From: Marinilabiliales bacterium
GTDB lineage: Bacteria; Bacteroidota; Bacteroidia; Bacteroidales; SZUA-534
Direction of reading: 5' to 3'
NCBI GenBank assembly: GCA_003512955.1
Contig: DOTG01000038.1
Span: 334,455-398,454, forward strand
DNA length: 64,000 nucleotides
The notes under the pieces were generated by a model. The model saw only the letters and a program-made list of their open reading frames with translations. It had not been told where the DNA came from and made no database searches. Made by a program: the position numbers and the translations under genes. This document shows, piece after piece, positions 10,521 to 18,402 of the stretch. Numbering within the stretch: position 1 is the stretch's first letter; each line of letters starts with the position of its first letter.

Positions 10521-10852
10521 GAGCCTCTGAAAAATCCTTACGGCTATTTGTTATAAAAATTTAATGCCCTGTTTATGTTTTTATTAACAATATTTTTTAT
10601 ATTAGCCTAACCAAATTACTATCAGGCGTAATGAAAACAAACGATTACACGTTATATAAAATATGGGGGGGGGGTAAACCAGCCTCCTATTTCCATAGCA
10701 ATACCCCGGTTTTGCTGCCAATTTCCGCTTTTATTAACTTCACAACTTTTCGGAATGGTAACCCTTATTTTTTGCAGACAGAAACCTCCAGTTTTGAATG
10801 TAAAAAAACAAGTATGGTGCTGTTTTACCCTATAAACTTAAGAATAATTGTT

Positions 10853-11752
10853 ATGAAAAAACTACTTACTATTTGCTTATTTATCGTATTTGCAGTTAGC
10901 ACCTTTGCACAGGAATACGAATACGTACCATTCCCTACCAAAAATGCAGTTTGGAGTGAAGTATTTTATTATTATGGTTCTTATCCATACCCCAACGATA
11001 CCATGAATGTAATTTATGCGCTGTTCGATGAAGATACATTAATGTATGGAAAAATATATCATAAACTCTTTATGTTAACTGATTCGATTATTTCAAAAGA
11101 AAGGGCTATTCTTGATGGTTATATTACCGAAGAAAATAAAATAGTTTATTATGTAAGAGCCGATTTTATAAAAGGTGGAAAGATTTATGACTTTAATTTA
11201 AACATGGGTGATATGTTTGATTTCTATATGGGAGATGTGCCGGTCGTAAAAATTGATACTGTTTTAATTGAAAATACACTCCGAAAAAGATATTATTTAT
11301 GGAGTGAGGATGGCCATTTAACATGGATTGAAGGAATAGGTTCACTAAGGGGACTCCTTTATTCTGTAACTTGGCCATTGAATGAAAATCATGATTTGCT
11401 ATGTTATACATTTAACGATACCACTTTTTATTATAATGATAAGTTTGGCACCTGCTACCCTGATTACCCCGGATTATACACAACCATAAATGAACCAAAG
11501 CCCATTCAGGAACTTAATCTATATCCAAACCCTGTAACGGATTTATTGAATTATTCATTACCCGAAAAACCAGTTGGGGGTAAATTAAGAATTATTACAA
11601 TAGATGGAAAAATTCAACTCCAAAAAATGATTCTGAATAAGAAGGGAAGCATAGATGTAGGTTTTTTGGAAAACGGAATGTATCAACTTATAATAAATAC
11701 CAGCAACCAACAAGTCTTTACAAAAATATTTTTAAAAGCAGATAAAAAATGA
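10853..11752 (+). CDS. Secreted protein with a T9SS type-A C-terminal sorting domain
   Basis: The ATG at 10853 gives the signal peptide MKKLLTICLFIVFAVSTFAQ; the track's start at 10631 adds 74 implausible codons. The C-terminus (LNLYPNPVTDLLNYSL...GMYQLIINTSNQQVFTKIFLK) fits the T9SS CTD pattern. Confidence 0.7.
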   Translation: MKKLLTICLFIVFAVSTFAQEYEYVPFPTKNAVWSEVFYYYGSYPYPNDTMNVIYALFDEDTLMYGKIYHKLFMLTDSIISKERAILDGYITEENKIVYYVRADFIKGGKIYDFNLNMGDMFDFYMGDVPVVKIDTVLIENTLRKRYYLWSEDGHLTWIEGIGSLRGLLYSVTWPLNENHDLLCYTFNDTTFYYNDKFGTCYPDYPGLYTTINEPKPIQELNLYPNPVTDLLNYSLPEKPVGGKLRIITIDGKIQLQKMILNKKGSIDVGFLENGMYQLIINTSNQQVFTKIFLKADKK

Positions 11753-11871
11753 CCCCATTAATATTAATAAAAAGGAAACAAGAGGGAATATTTAGCAATT
11801 AGGACAACCAAATCAACTAATTACGATAAAATGGGGTACCACTTGTTTCCTTTCAAAAACTTTTCAAAATT

Positions 11872-14235
11872 ATGAAAAAAAACTCATTTTTCGTGGCATT
11901 GTGGCTGTTATTCGCAACGGCCCATGCGCAAATTAGCCATGTAACCACCTTCGATGGTTATAGTTTTAACCAAACGCTAACAAAAGTCGTTACGGTTGAT
12001 GGAACCGGATTTACCAAATTCAACCTGCCTGCTTATCCCGTGAATGCTATTCCCGGAGAACCAGAACTGCCGGTTAAGTATGTGCGGTTAATTATCCCCC
12101 CCGATCAGGATATTGCAGAACTAACCATTAAAACCGAAGAATTAGAAACCCATTACATTTCTAATCCGGTGTATCCCATCCAAAACCCGGCTCCCGTTGG
12201 AGAAGATTCTGAAGGTTTTGTAACCCCCAACCCCGGGATTTATAATTCTGACAACCCGTATCCTACTGAGGTGGTAAAATTGGTAAATACCGGTTATTTT
12301 AACGGGAATACCCAAATAGCCACTTTTGCTGTTTATCCCTATCAGTATTACCCTAATAGCAAAAAAATCATTGAATATAGTTCGATAACCTTTTCATTTG
12401 AAACCGAAAAAAAGACAAAAGATGCTAACTTACCGTTAGCACCAAATAAAGACAATGTGGCATTTTATAACAGTTTATTAAAAAACATGGTTGATAATCC
12501 GGAAGATATTGGAAAATACTCAGTTGAAACAACCAAAAGTACGGCAAAAACAGGGTTGCCATATTATGAATATGTAATTATTACATCGAGTACCTTAAGT
12601 AGTTCCTTTAACGATTTTATTGTCTGGAAAAGACTGAAGGGTATCAATATCGGGTTGGTTACTTATCAGGATATCCGGACCAATTACCCGAGTGGTGATT
12701 TAACAAGTGGAATTAACGATATTCCGGGAAGCATCCGCCAATACTTAATGGATGCCTGGCAACAGGGTACTACCTATTGTTTGTTGGGAGGTGATATGAA
12801 TACGCTACCCGGCAGGTATGGATGTGGTGAATGGGATACATGGCATTATTTTGGTGATGATGACTATCAGGATCACATACCTACTGATTTATATTTTTCA
12901 GATCTTAATGGAGACTGGGATGTGGATAATGATATCTATATTGGAGAACCAGATGATAAACCGACAGAACCCTACAATACAGGAGACAATGTTGATTATG
13001 AACCTGAAATATTTGTAGGTAGGTTATTATGTGCCACCTCAGTTGACATACAAACCTGGTTTCAGAAAGTAAAAAAATATGAAAATAACCCAGGTAATGG
13101 AGACTTTGGTTACTTGGGGAAAGTATTATTTACTGAGGCCGATGAAATTGGGGGTTCAACCCAACAACAACAGATTTATTGGGAAACTCAATTTACTTTT
13201 TTGCATGAACTAAACAGTGGTAACGATCCCAATCCTACATATCCTAATGGATCGGATGTTATTAGTACAGCCAATAATTTATATGGTTTTATGAGCTGGT
13301 TTAACCATGGCGGTGCCAATTCAGTTTCAATGATGACAAGCGGTTTAAATAATTATTCTCTGTCGGTTATTTCATGTAAGGATGATTGGGATATTTTCCA
13401 TAATGACCCCGACATAATTGAAAGTGGTAACGGTTTTGATAATTTAACCAATTTTAACCATCCTTCCATTGTTTATACAACAAGTTGCGATAACAATCCG
13501 TTTGATGATTTTGGTACCGATGTCGGCTATTTTAACATGGCTGAAGGGTTTACTACAAAATTCAATGGCGGAGGTCCGGCATATTTAGGTAATTCGAGGT
13601 ATGGGCTTACTGATTATGCTCCCTGTTTAATGAGTGCTTTTTTACAATCTATCCAAACCGAACCAGGTTATATTGAACCCCCATATAGTCTTCAGTTAGG
13701 AGTATCGGAAGCAATTTCTAAAGAAATCTATCCACAGCATTATGTGTGTCTTTCGCATAATTTAATTGGGTGCCCTGAGATTCCTTTCTGGAGAAACACC
13801 CCCCAAACCATGTATTTATCGGTAGATTATACCAACAACCGAATCCGAATCTTAACGCAATCTGGAAGCCCATTATGTTATGCAAAAGTGTCATTTAATT
13901 ATGGCGGCACCTATTATTTTGAAGAAACCGATTATTATGGCTATGCCAATGCCCCTTACGACTTAACCGAAGCCCACGAGGTGGGAGCAAGTTACCCGGG
14001 TTACCTGCCCGTTTATACACAGCATGTTACCAATTACCCTTATTGGTCAGAAGCCAACCCCATCCGTGGTAACGTATTTGTAGAAAGTGGTAAATCAATA
14101 ACCATGGTGGGAAACCTTACCATTCCGAAATATTCAAAATTAATAATTGAAGATAATGCCACTGTTACTTTGTATAGCACATTTATATTAAACTTAGAGG
14201 GTGATATTGAACTACGGGTACTAATTCAAAACTAA
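11872..14235 (+). CDS. Gingipain-like cysteine peptidase (family C25, clan CD). It is probably the 5' part of a frame-disrupted longer gene.
   Basis: Signal peptide MKKNSFFVALWLLFATAHAQ. C25-like blocks are YVIITSS...FIVWKRLKG, YCLLGGDMNTLP, PTDLYFSDLNGDWD and VGRL...KVKKYE. The candidate catalytic His is in WFNHGGAN and the candidate Cys in VYTTSCDNNPFD. The ORF has no T9SS CTD of its own. Confidence 0.75.
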   Translation: MKKNSFFVALWLLFATAHAQISHVTTFDGYSFNQTLTKVVTVDGTGFTKFNLPAYPVNAIPGEPELPVKYVRLIIPPDQDIAELTIKTEELETHYISNPVYPIQNPAPVGEDSEGFVTPNPGIYNSDNPYPTEVVKLVNTGYFNGNTQIATFAVYPYQYYPNSKKIIEYSSITFSFETEKKTKDANLPLAPNKDNVAFYNSLLKNMVDNPEDIGKYSVETTKSTAKTGLPYYEYVIITSSTLSSSFNDFIVWKRLKGINIGLVTYQDIRTNYPSGDLTSGINDIPGSIRQYLMDAWQQGTTYCLLGGDMNTLPGRYGCGEWDTWHYFGDDDYQDHIPTDLYFSDLNGDWDVDNDIYIGEPDDKPTEPYNTGDNVDYEPEIFVGRLLCATSVDIQTWFQKVKKYENNPGNGDFGYLGKVLFTEADEIGGSTQQQQIYWETQFTFLHELNSGNDPNPTYPNGSDVISTANNLYGFMSWFNHGGANSVSMMTSGLNNYSLSVISCKDDWDIFHNDPDIIESGNGFDNLTNFNHPSIVYTTSCDNNPFDDFGTDVGYFNMAEGFTTKFNGGGPAYLGNSRYGLTDYAPCLMSAFLQSIQTEPGYIEPPYSLQLGVSEAISKEIYPQHYVCLSHNLIGCPEIPFWRNTPQTMYLSVDYTNNRIRILTQSGSPLCYAKVSFNYGGTYYFEETDYYGYANAPYDLTEAHEVGASYPGYLPVYTQHVTNYPYWSEANPIRGNVFVESGKSITMVGNLTIPKYSKLIIEDNATVTLYSTFILNLEGDIELRVLIQN

Positions 14236-14369
14236 TCATTCAAGGGACATTAAATATTAAGAATAACTCAACCATATCTGGCCAGGGGTATGTTCAACTA
14301 TCAGGAGCAACTGTAAATGCAGAAACGGGTTCCTCCTTAACCTTTACCGGAGTTGGTACCACAACTAAA

Positions 14370-16220
14370 ATGGTTGAAGTAAATACAGCAGTAACCTTCT
14401 CCCCGAACCTCACTTCAGTTTCATTCTCGAACGGGAAAATGGTGATGAACAACAGCACCTCTCGCTTAAAATTCGATGGCCCGACTTCTACCGTTGCATT
14501 TAACAATGTTTTGGTAACATCAGCCACAGGCAGCTATTTAGGGAATCTGGGTATTACTATTTATAACGTGCCAAACATTACCGCGCAAAATAGTATCTTC
14601 GAATACAATAAGTATGGCTTATACCTCATGCGCACCAGTAACCACCCAAGGGCCATTATCGATAATTGTACCTTTAGTAATTGTTATGATGGTTTATTGG
14701 TTTACAATAGCGGTGCAACCATTACAAACAGCGATTTTTTGAACAACAGTGATATGGGAATCTATTGTTTATCCATGGATCAAACAAGTGCCTGCTATAA
14801 TGTTACAAGCTCAACAAACACCAATTACGGGTTGTACTACGAAGGCTCCTCTACATCAAGTTATTCAATGGATTATTGCAGTGTGTCAACCAATAGCAAT
14901 GGTATTTACACCCAGGGGCCTTTAACTGCCGATATTAGCTGTTCATCGTCCGTAAATAACACCAATTATGGGATTAAAGCCTATAATAATTCAAACCTTG
15001 TTATGCAGGGATGTGATTTTCACGGCAATAAAATAGCAATCCAGGGTGATGGTTCATCCTATGGAAATTATGACAATTATTTTACCCTTAACAACGGGTA
15101 CAACGATTTGCGTGATAACGGAACCACAGGTTCCTGGTGCATTTATGGTCGGTTTTGGGCTTTTGGAACTTATCCTTTAACTGTTGCAGCCAATAATAAC
15201 CGATGGAAAACCAGTGGTGGATCTCCTGTAATTAACGCCGATTACCAGGTTTATGCTGAATATGATTTCCCGCTTACCATTACCGACAACTCACCAGAAA
15301 GCACATATTCACCTTGTAACGTACCCGAATCTTTAGTTGAAGGTTCAGAAGGCTATTCTGATGCAGGTGTTTATATGGAAGTTACCACCTCTTTGGGTAC
15401 ACAACCGTTAAACGAAGCCGTTGAAACTATTTTGAATGAAAATGAAAAAACAGGTACCGTTTATAATGACAATACCCGGTTTGAGTTGTTATCGGAAGTA
15501 CTCAATAACAGCTTCAAAAAACCCAATGTCAATGAAAAGTGGTATATCCATTATGCGTATAAGGAATTTAAAAAATTGACAGGTAGCATTAAATATGATA
15601 CAAAAAACATCGAAAAAGCCTTAAAAGCCATCCGGAAAATCAATAAAGATTACCAGAAGTTCGAAGACAAAAAAATTGATTTTGGTTGTATTGTTGATGA
15701 AGCCCTTTTGCTGGATTATTCAGGAAACTTTGACGAAGCTATATCTTTATTACAGGCTTCACAATCGTTATTAAACAACGATGATGCCATCTATTTCGAT
15801 GAGTTGATCTGTAAAATAAATTTGAACAAAAAGGTTAACGATGGTGCAATTGATGAAGACATTGTTGAAGCGTATAACGAATGCTCCTGTTCAAAAGATT
15901 CAGAAAAATCGGGGAGTATAAACGGTACCGGCAACGGACAACATGCCCAAACAGGAACCATCCTTTCTGTTGACGGTATTTCGTTAAGCGTGGTGCCGCA
16001 CCCGGTTACCGGCACTTCCGAAATCCGGGTAACCGGGCTGGCCGAAACCGCCACCCTGACTGTTTATAACAGCCTGGGTGCCGTGGTAATCCGGCGTGAA
16101 GTTACCAGTGAAAGCACAACAATGAAAATCACCCGCAACGAGTTAAAACCGGGCATATACCTGGTTAACCTGAACCAAAACGGTGCCCCCGTCCAGACTC
16201 TGAAAATGGTGGTGCAATAA
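14370..16220 (+). CDS. Right-handed beta-helix repeat protein with a T9SS C-terminal sorting domain. It is probably the 3' part of the upstream C25 gene.
   Basis: There is no signal peptide, and the frame is open upstream to 14211. Parallel beta-helix-like repeats are present (NSIFEYNKYGLYL..., NCTFSNCYDGLLV..., NSDFLNNSDMGIY...). The C-terminus LSVVPHPVTGTSEIRV...GIYLVNLNQNG...KMVVQ fits a T9SS CTD. Confidence 0.65.
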   Translation: MVEVNTAVTFSPNLTSVSFSNGKMVMNNSTSRLKFDGPTSTVAFNNVLVTSATGSYLGNLGITIYNVPNITAQNSIFEYNKYGLYLMRTSNHPRAIIDNCTFSNCYDGLLVYNSGATITNSDFLNNSDMGIYCLSMDQTSACYNVTSSTNTNYGLYYEGSSTSSYSMDYCSVSTNSNGIYTQGPLTADISCSSSVNNTNYGIKAYNNSNLVMQGCDFHGNKIAIQGDGSSYGNYDNYFTLNNGYNDLRDNGTTGSWCIYGRFWAFGTYPLTVAANNNRWKTSGGSPVINADYQVYAEYDFPLTITDNSPESTYSPCNVPESLVEGSEGYSDAGVYMEVTTSLGTQPLNEAVETILNENEKTGTVYNDNTRFELLSEVLNNSFKKPNVNEKWYIHYAYKEFKKLTGSIKYDTKNIEKALKAIRKINKDYQKFEDKKIDFGCIVDEALLLDYSGNFDEAISLLQASQSLLNNDDAIYFDELICKINLNKKVNDGAIDEDIVEAYNECSCSKDSEKSGSINGTGNGQHAQTGTILSVDGISLSVVPHPVTGTSEIRVTGLAETATLTVYNSLGAVVIRREVTSESTTMKITRNELKPGIYLVNLNQNGAPVQTLKMVVQ

Positions 16221-16239
16221 CCGAGAACCTGAGTTTTTT

Positions 16240-16272
16240 AATCACCGGATGACTTGGAGTCACCCGGTGACT
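16240..16272. repeat. Two adjacent 15-nt mini-hairpin units (AATCACCGGATGACT and AGTCACCCGGTGACT)
   Basis: They lie directly after the stop codon at 16220. The two units are also mutually complementary, and they belong to the AGTC..GACT family seen at 10.4, 16.6, 16.7 and 48.9 kb. Confidence 0.7.
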
Positions 16273-16291
16273 TTATTGCTAAACACAAACA

Positions 16292-16320
16292 GCCCCGGCA
16301 AGTTGCCGGGGTTATTTTCT
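16292..16320 (+). terminator. Rho-independent terminator
   Basis: CCCCGGCA-AGT-TGCCGGGG is a perfect 8-bp GC-rich stem, followed by TTATTTTCT. Confidence 0.8.
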
Positions 16321-16553
16321 ATCATTCAACGAAAAAAAGTCATCGGTTTAAGAATTGGGAAATGAAAATGCAGAAACGTAAATAAAATTGCCGAAAGAAA
16401 AAATGGCAGCGGGGTGGGGGATTTTGTTAGCCTCCATAGAAAAAATTTTAGTGGCTTAGGAATAAATTGTATCACCGGGTGAAAAGATTTTACCGGCCCA
16501 GAGAATGTAATAAACACCTTAGGCAGGACCAGAACAATCCAAATAGTACCCTA

Positions 16554-16632
16554 TTTCCGCGAGTCACGGGGTGGCTTGTTGTGAGTCACCCCGTGACTTT
16601 CAACATTTTCCGGCAGGCTCGTGGATTTTAGG
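16554..16632. repeat. Composite hairpin repeat, right copy, in direct orientation relative to 10411..10520
   Basis: TTTCCGCGAGTCACGGGGTGGCTTGTTG and GAGTCACCCCGTGACTTTCAACATTTTCCG are identical to the left copy. The tail is GGCTCGTGGATTTTAGG. Confidence 0.85.
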
Positions 16633-16672
16633 TATTACCTAATATCTGCAACAGGAAAGCTAAAAGCTTGGT

Positions 16673-16700
16673 AGTCACCGGATGACTCGCGGATTCAAGG
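16673..16700. repeat. Solo mini-hairpin plus tail: AGTCACCGGATGACT-CGCGGATTCAAGG
   Basis: A 5-bp stem with a 5-nt loop is followed by the conserved tail, as at 49013..49040. Confidence 0.7.
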
Positions 16701-16720
16701 TGTTAAATGGAATGTTAGAA

Positions 16721-16785
16721 AATTGGAAAAATAGGGAGAAAGGTATTTGGATAAAACCCTATCTGCCATTTTTCCAATACCCCGG
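16721..16785. repeat. Gene-less imperfect hairpin of G/A-rich and C/T-rich arms, related to the arms of the four-helix-bundle cassette
   Basis: ATTGGAAAAAT (16722..16732) pairs with ATTTTTCCAAT (16768..16778), and TAGGG pairs with CCCTA. The element contains TTTCCAATACCCC, compared with TTTCCGATACCCC at 23560. Confidence 0.6.
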
Positions 16786-16848
16786 TTTTTCTTAAAAAGA
16801 AATTGATAGAAACAGAATATCAGCGCGTTAACCCGGATTGTACTCGCG

Positions 16849-17586
16849 TTAGTTTGTAAGTGAAGGAGCCGTAATCTCGACATGAATATCATCAACAATA
16901 AAATTTCCTTGCATCTTCAAAAAGAGTTTACTTATTGTAATCACATCCTTCTGGCAGTAATCGGCAATCTTTGGTAAATCGCCCTCTTCCCAATAGATTT
17001 TATTCACCTGGCTGCCGTCGAACTGGTTTTTTGGCGAAGGGATATTAAAAATGGCAGCCAGTAAATCAAGCGATGTATAGTGCTTGATATCACCGAATTT
17101 CCACAATTCCATGGTGTCAATGTGGTTCACTTCCCAAGGTTTCTTGCCTGCAATGTCTAAAATTCGGGGAAGTTTGACTTCATTCACCAGCATGCGGCGC
17201 GATATGTACGGAAAATCGAATTCTTTACCATTGTGCGCGCAAAGCAAATGACGGTCGCGGTTGAAATGGTTATTGAGCAAAAAAGCAAAATTCTCCAACA
17301 AGTGCTTTTCATCGTGTCCGTAAAACGATTTTATCCTTAATACCCGTTGATTATTCTGCCCTACAATAAATCCCACCGAGATGCAAATAATTTTACCAAA
17401 CTCAGCCCAGATGGCCGCCTTTTCATAAAGTTCTTCGGCGGTTTTTTCTTCTTTCTCGATGTACCAACGCATTTTTTTTGCCCACAGGTCTTTAAACCGA
17501 TCGTCCAAATCGGAATAAAACTGGCTTTGAGCCGCCGTTTCAATGTCTAAAAAAAGAATGTTTTCCTCTTTGATTTTTTCGAGCAT
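16849..17586 (-). CDS. 3'-5' exonuclease, RNase H-like fold (PolB-exonuclease-like)
   Basis: 245 aa. The N-terminal ILFLDIETA is an Exo I-type DxE motif, and later HNGKEFDFPY and ...DYCQKDV acidic motifs fit DEDD-type exonucleases. It lies 2 nt from udk. Confidence 0.7.
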   Translation of the reverse strand: MLEKIKEENILFLDIETAAQSQFYSDLDDRFKDLWAKKMRWYIEKEEKTAEELYEKAAIWAEFGKIICISVGFIVGQNNQRVLRIKSFYGHDEKHLLENFAFLLNNHFNRDRHLLCAHNGKEFDFPYISRRMLVNEVKLPRILDIAGKKPWEVNHIDTMELWKFGDIKHYTSLDLLAAIFNIPSPKNQFDGSQVNKIYWEEGDLPKIADYCQKDVITISKLFLKMQGNFIVDDIHVEITAPSLTN

Positions 17587-17588
17587 AC

Positions 17589-18206
17589 TCAGTTTTCTTT
17601 TTCGAGGTTCATTTTCACAATCGAGGTCAAAATATCGATCGCCACCTTATTGTGACCCCCTTGAGGGACGATCAAATCAGCATACCGTTTGGTTGGTTCA
17701 ATAAATTGCAGGTGCATGGGTTTTACCGATTGGTGGTACCGTTCAAGAACCACGTCCACGGTCCGGCCCCGTTCTATAATGTCGCGGTTAATAACCCGGA
17801 TCAGCCTATCATCGGCATCGGCCGAAACAAATACTTTAATATCAAACAAATCGCGGAGTTTTTGATGCCCCAGTATCAGAATCCCCTCAACAATAATCAC
17901 TTTCCTTGGTTCAATGGTATTGGTTTGGTCAGAACGGGTACATGTCAGGTAACTATAAACGGGTTCTTCTACCGGAACCCCCGATTTAAGCTTTGCCACG
18001 TGGTCGGTCAGCAAATCGAATTCAATGGCATCGGGATGATCAAAATTGATCTTTTGGCGCTCCTCCAATGGCAAATGCCCACTGTCTTTATAATAAGAAT
18101 CCTGCGTTACCAATGCTACCTCGTTTGCATTCAAGCTCCCCATTATTTTTTTTACCACCGTAGTTTTACCTGAGCCGGTACCTCCTGCAATTCCTATGAC
18201 CAACAT
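17589..18206 (-). CDS. udk: Uridine kinase
   Basis: 205 aa with the P-loop GIAGGTGSGKTT, then ...QDSYYK... and FDHPDAIEF, ending in ...RYADLIVP, all typical of Udk. Confidence 0.93.
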   Translation of the reverse strand: MLVIGIAGGTGSGKTTVVKKIMGSLNANEVALVTQDSYYKDSGHLPLEERQKINFDHPDAIEFDLLTDHVAKLKSGVPVEEPVYSYLTCTRSDQTNTIEPRKVIIVEGILILGHQKLRDLFDIKVFVSADADDRLIRVINRDIIERGRTVDVVLERYHQSVKPMHLQFIEPTKRYADLIVPQGGHNKVAIDILTSIVKMNLEKEN

Positions 18207-18402
18207 TGTTTCAACGAGATTTATTTTGTTTGATTTCTTCGGCCAAGATACGATTTTTCAGCCCAAAAAAAATAACAAAAAGGAGGAAATGATTCACAGA
18301 CAGAAATCCAGAATCACAAAAGCCGGTAAAAATTGTTGATGGAAAATCCCCTTTTAAATTTGGGTATGTTTTTTACATTTGCTCCAAATTAAATTCACTT
18401 AC

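Noticed and set aside
10631-10852. 74-codon N-terminal extension of the first T9SS gene in the ORF track
   Set aside because: The extension runs through the poly-G tract and repeat-derived sequence and has no signal peptide. The internal ATG at 10853 gives a canonical signal peptide.
16326-16898. Short minus-strand ORFs of 63 and 67 aa in the 16.3-16.9 kb gap
   Set aside because: They lie in repeat-dense non-coding sequence and their products are low-complexity. I saw no start context or conservation signal.
17652-18173. 173-aa plus-strand ORF
   Set aside because: It is antisense to udk, whose P-loop and Udk motifs are unambiguous. The antisense product has no motif.
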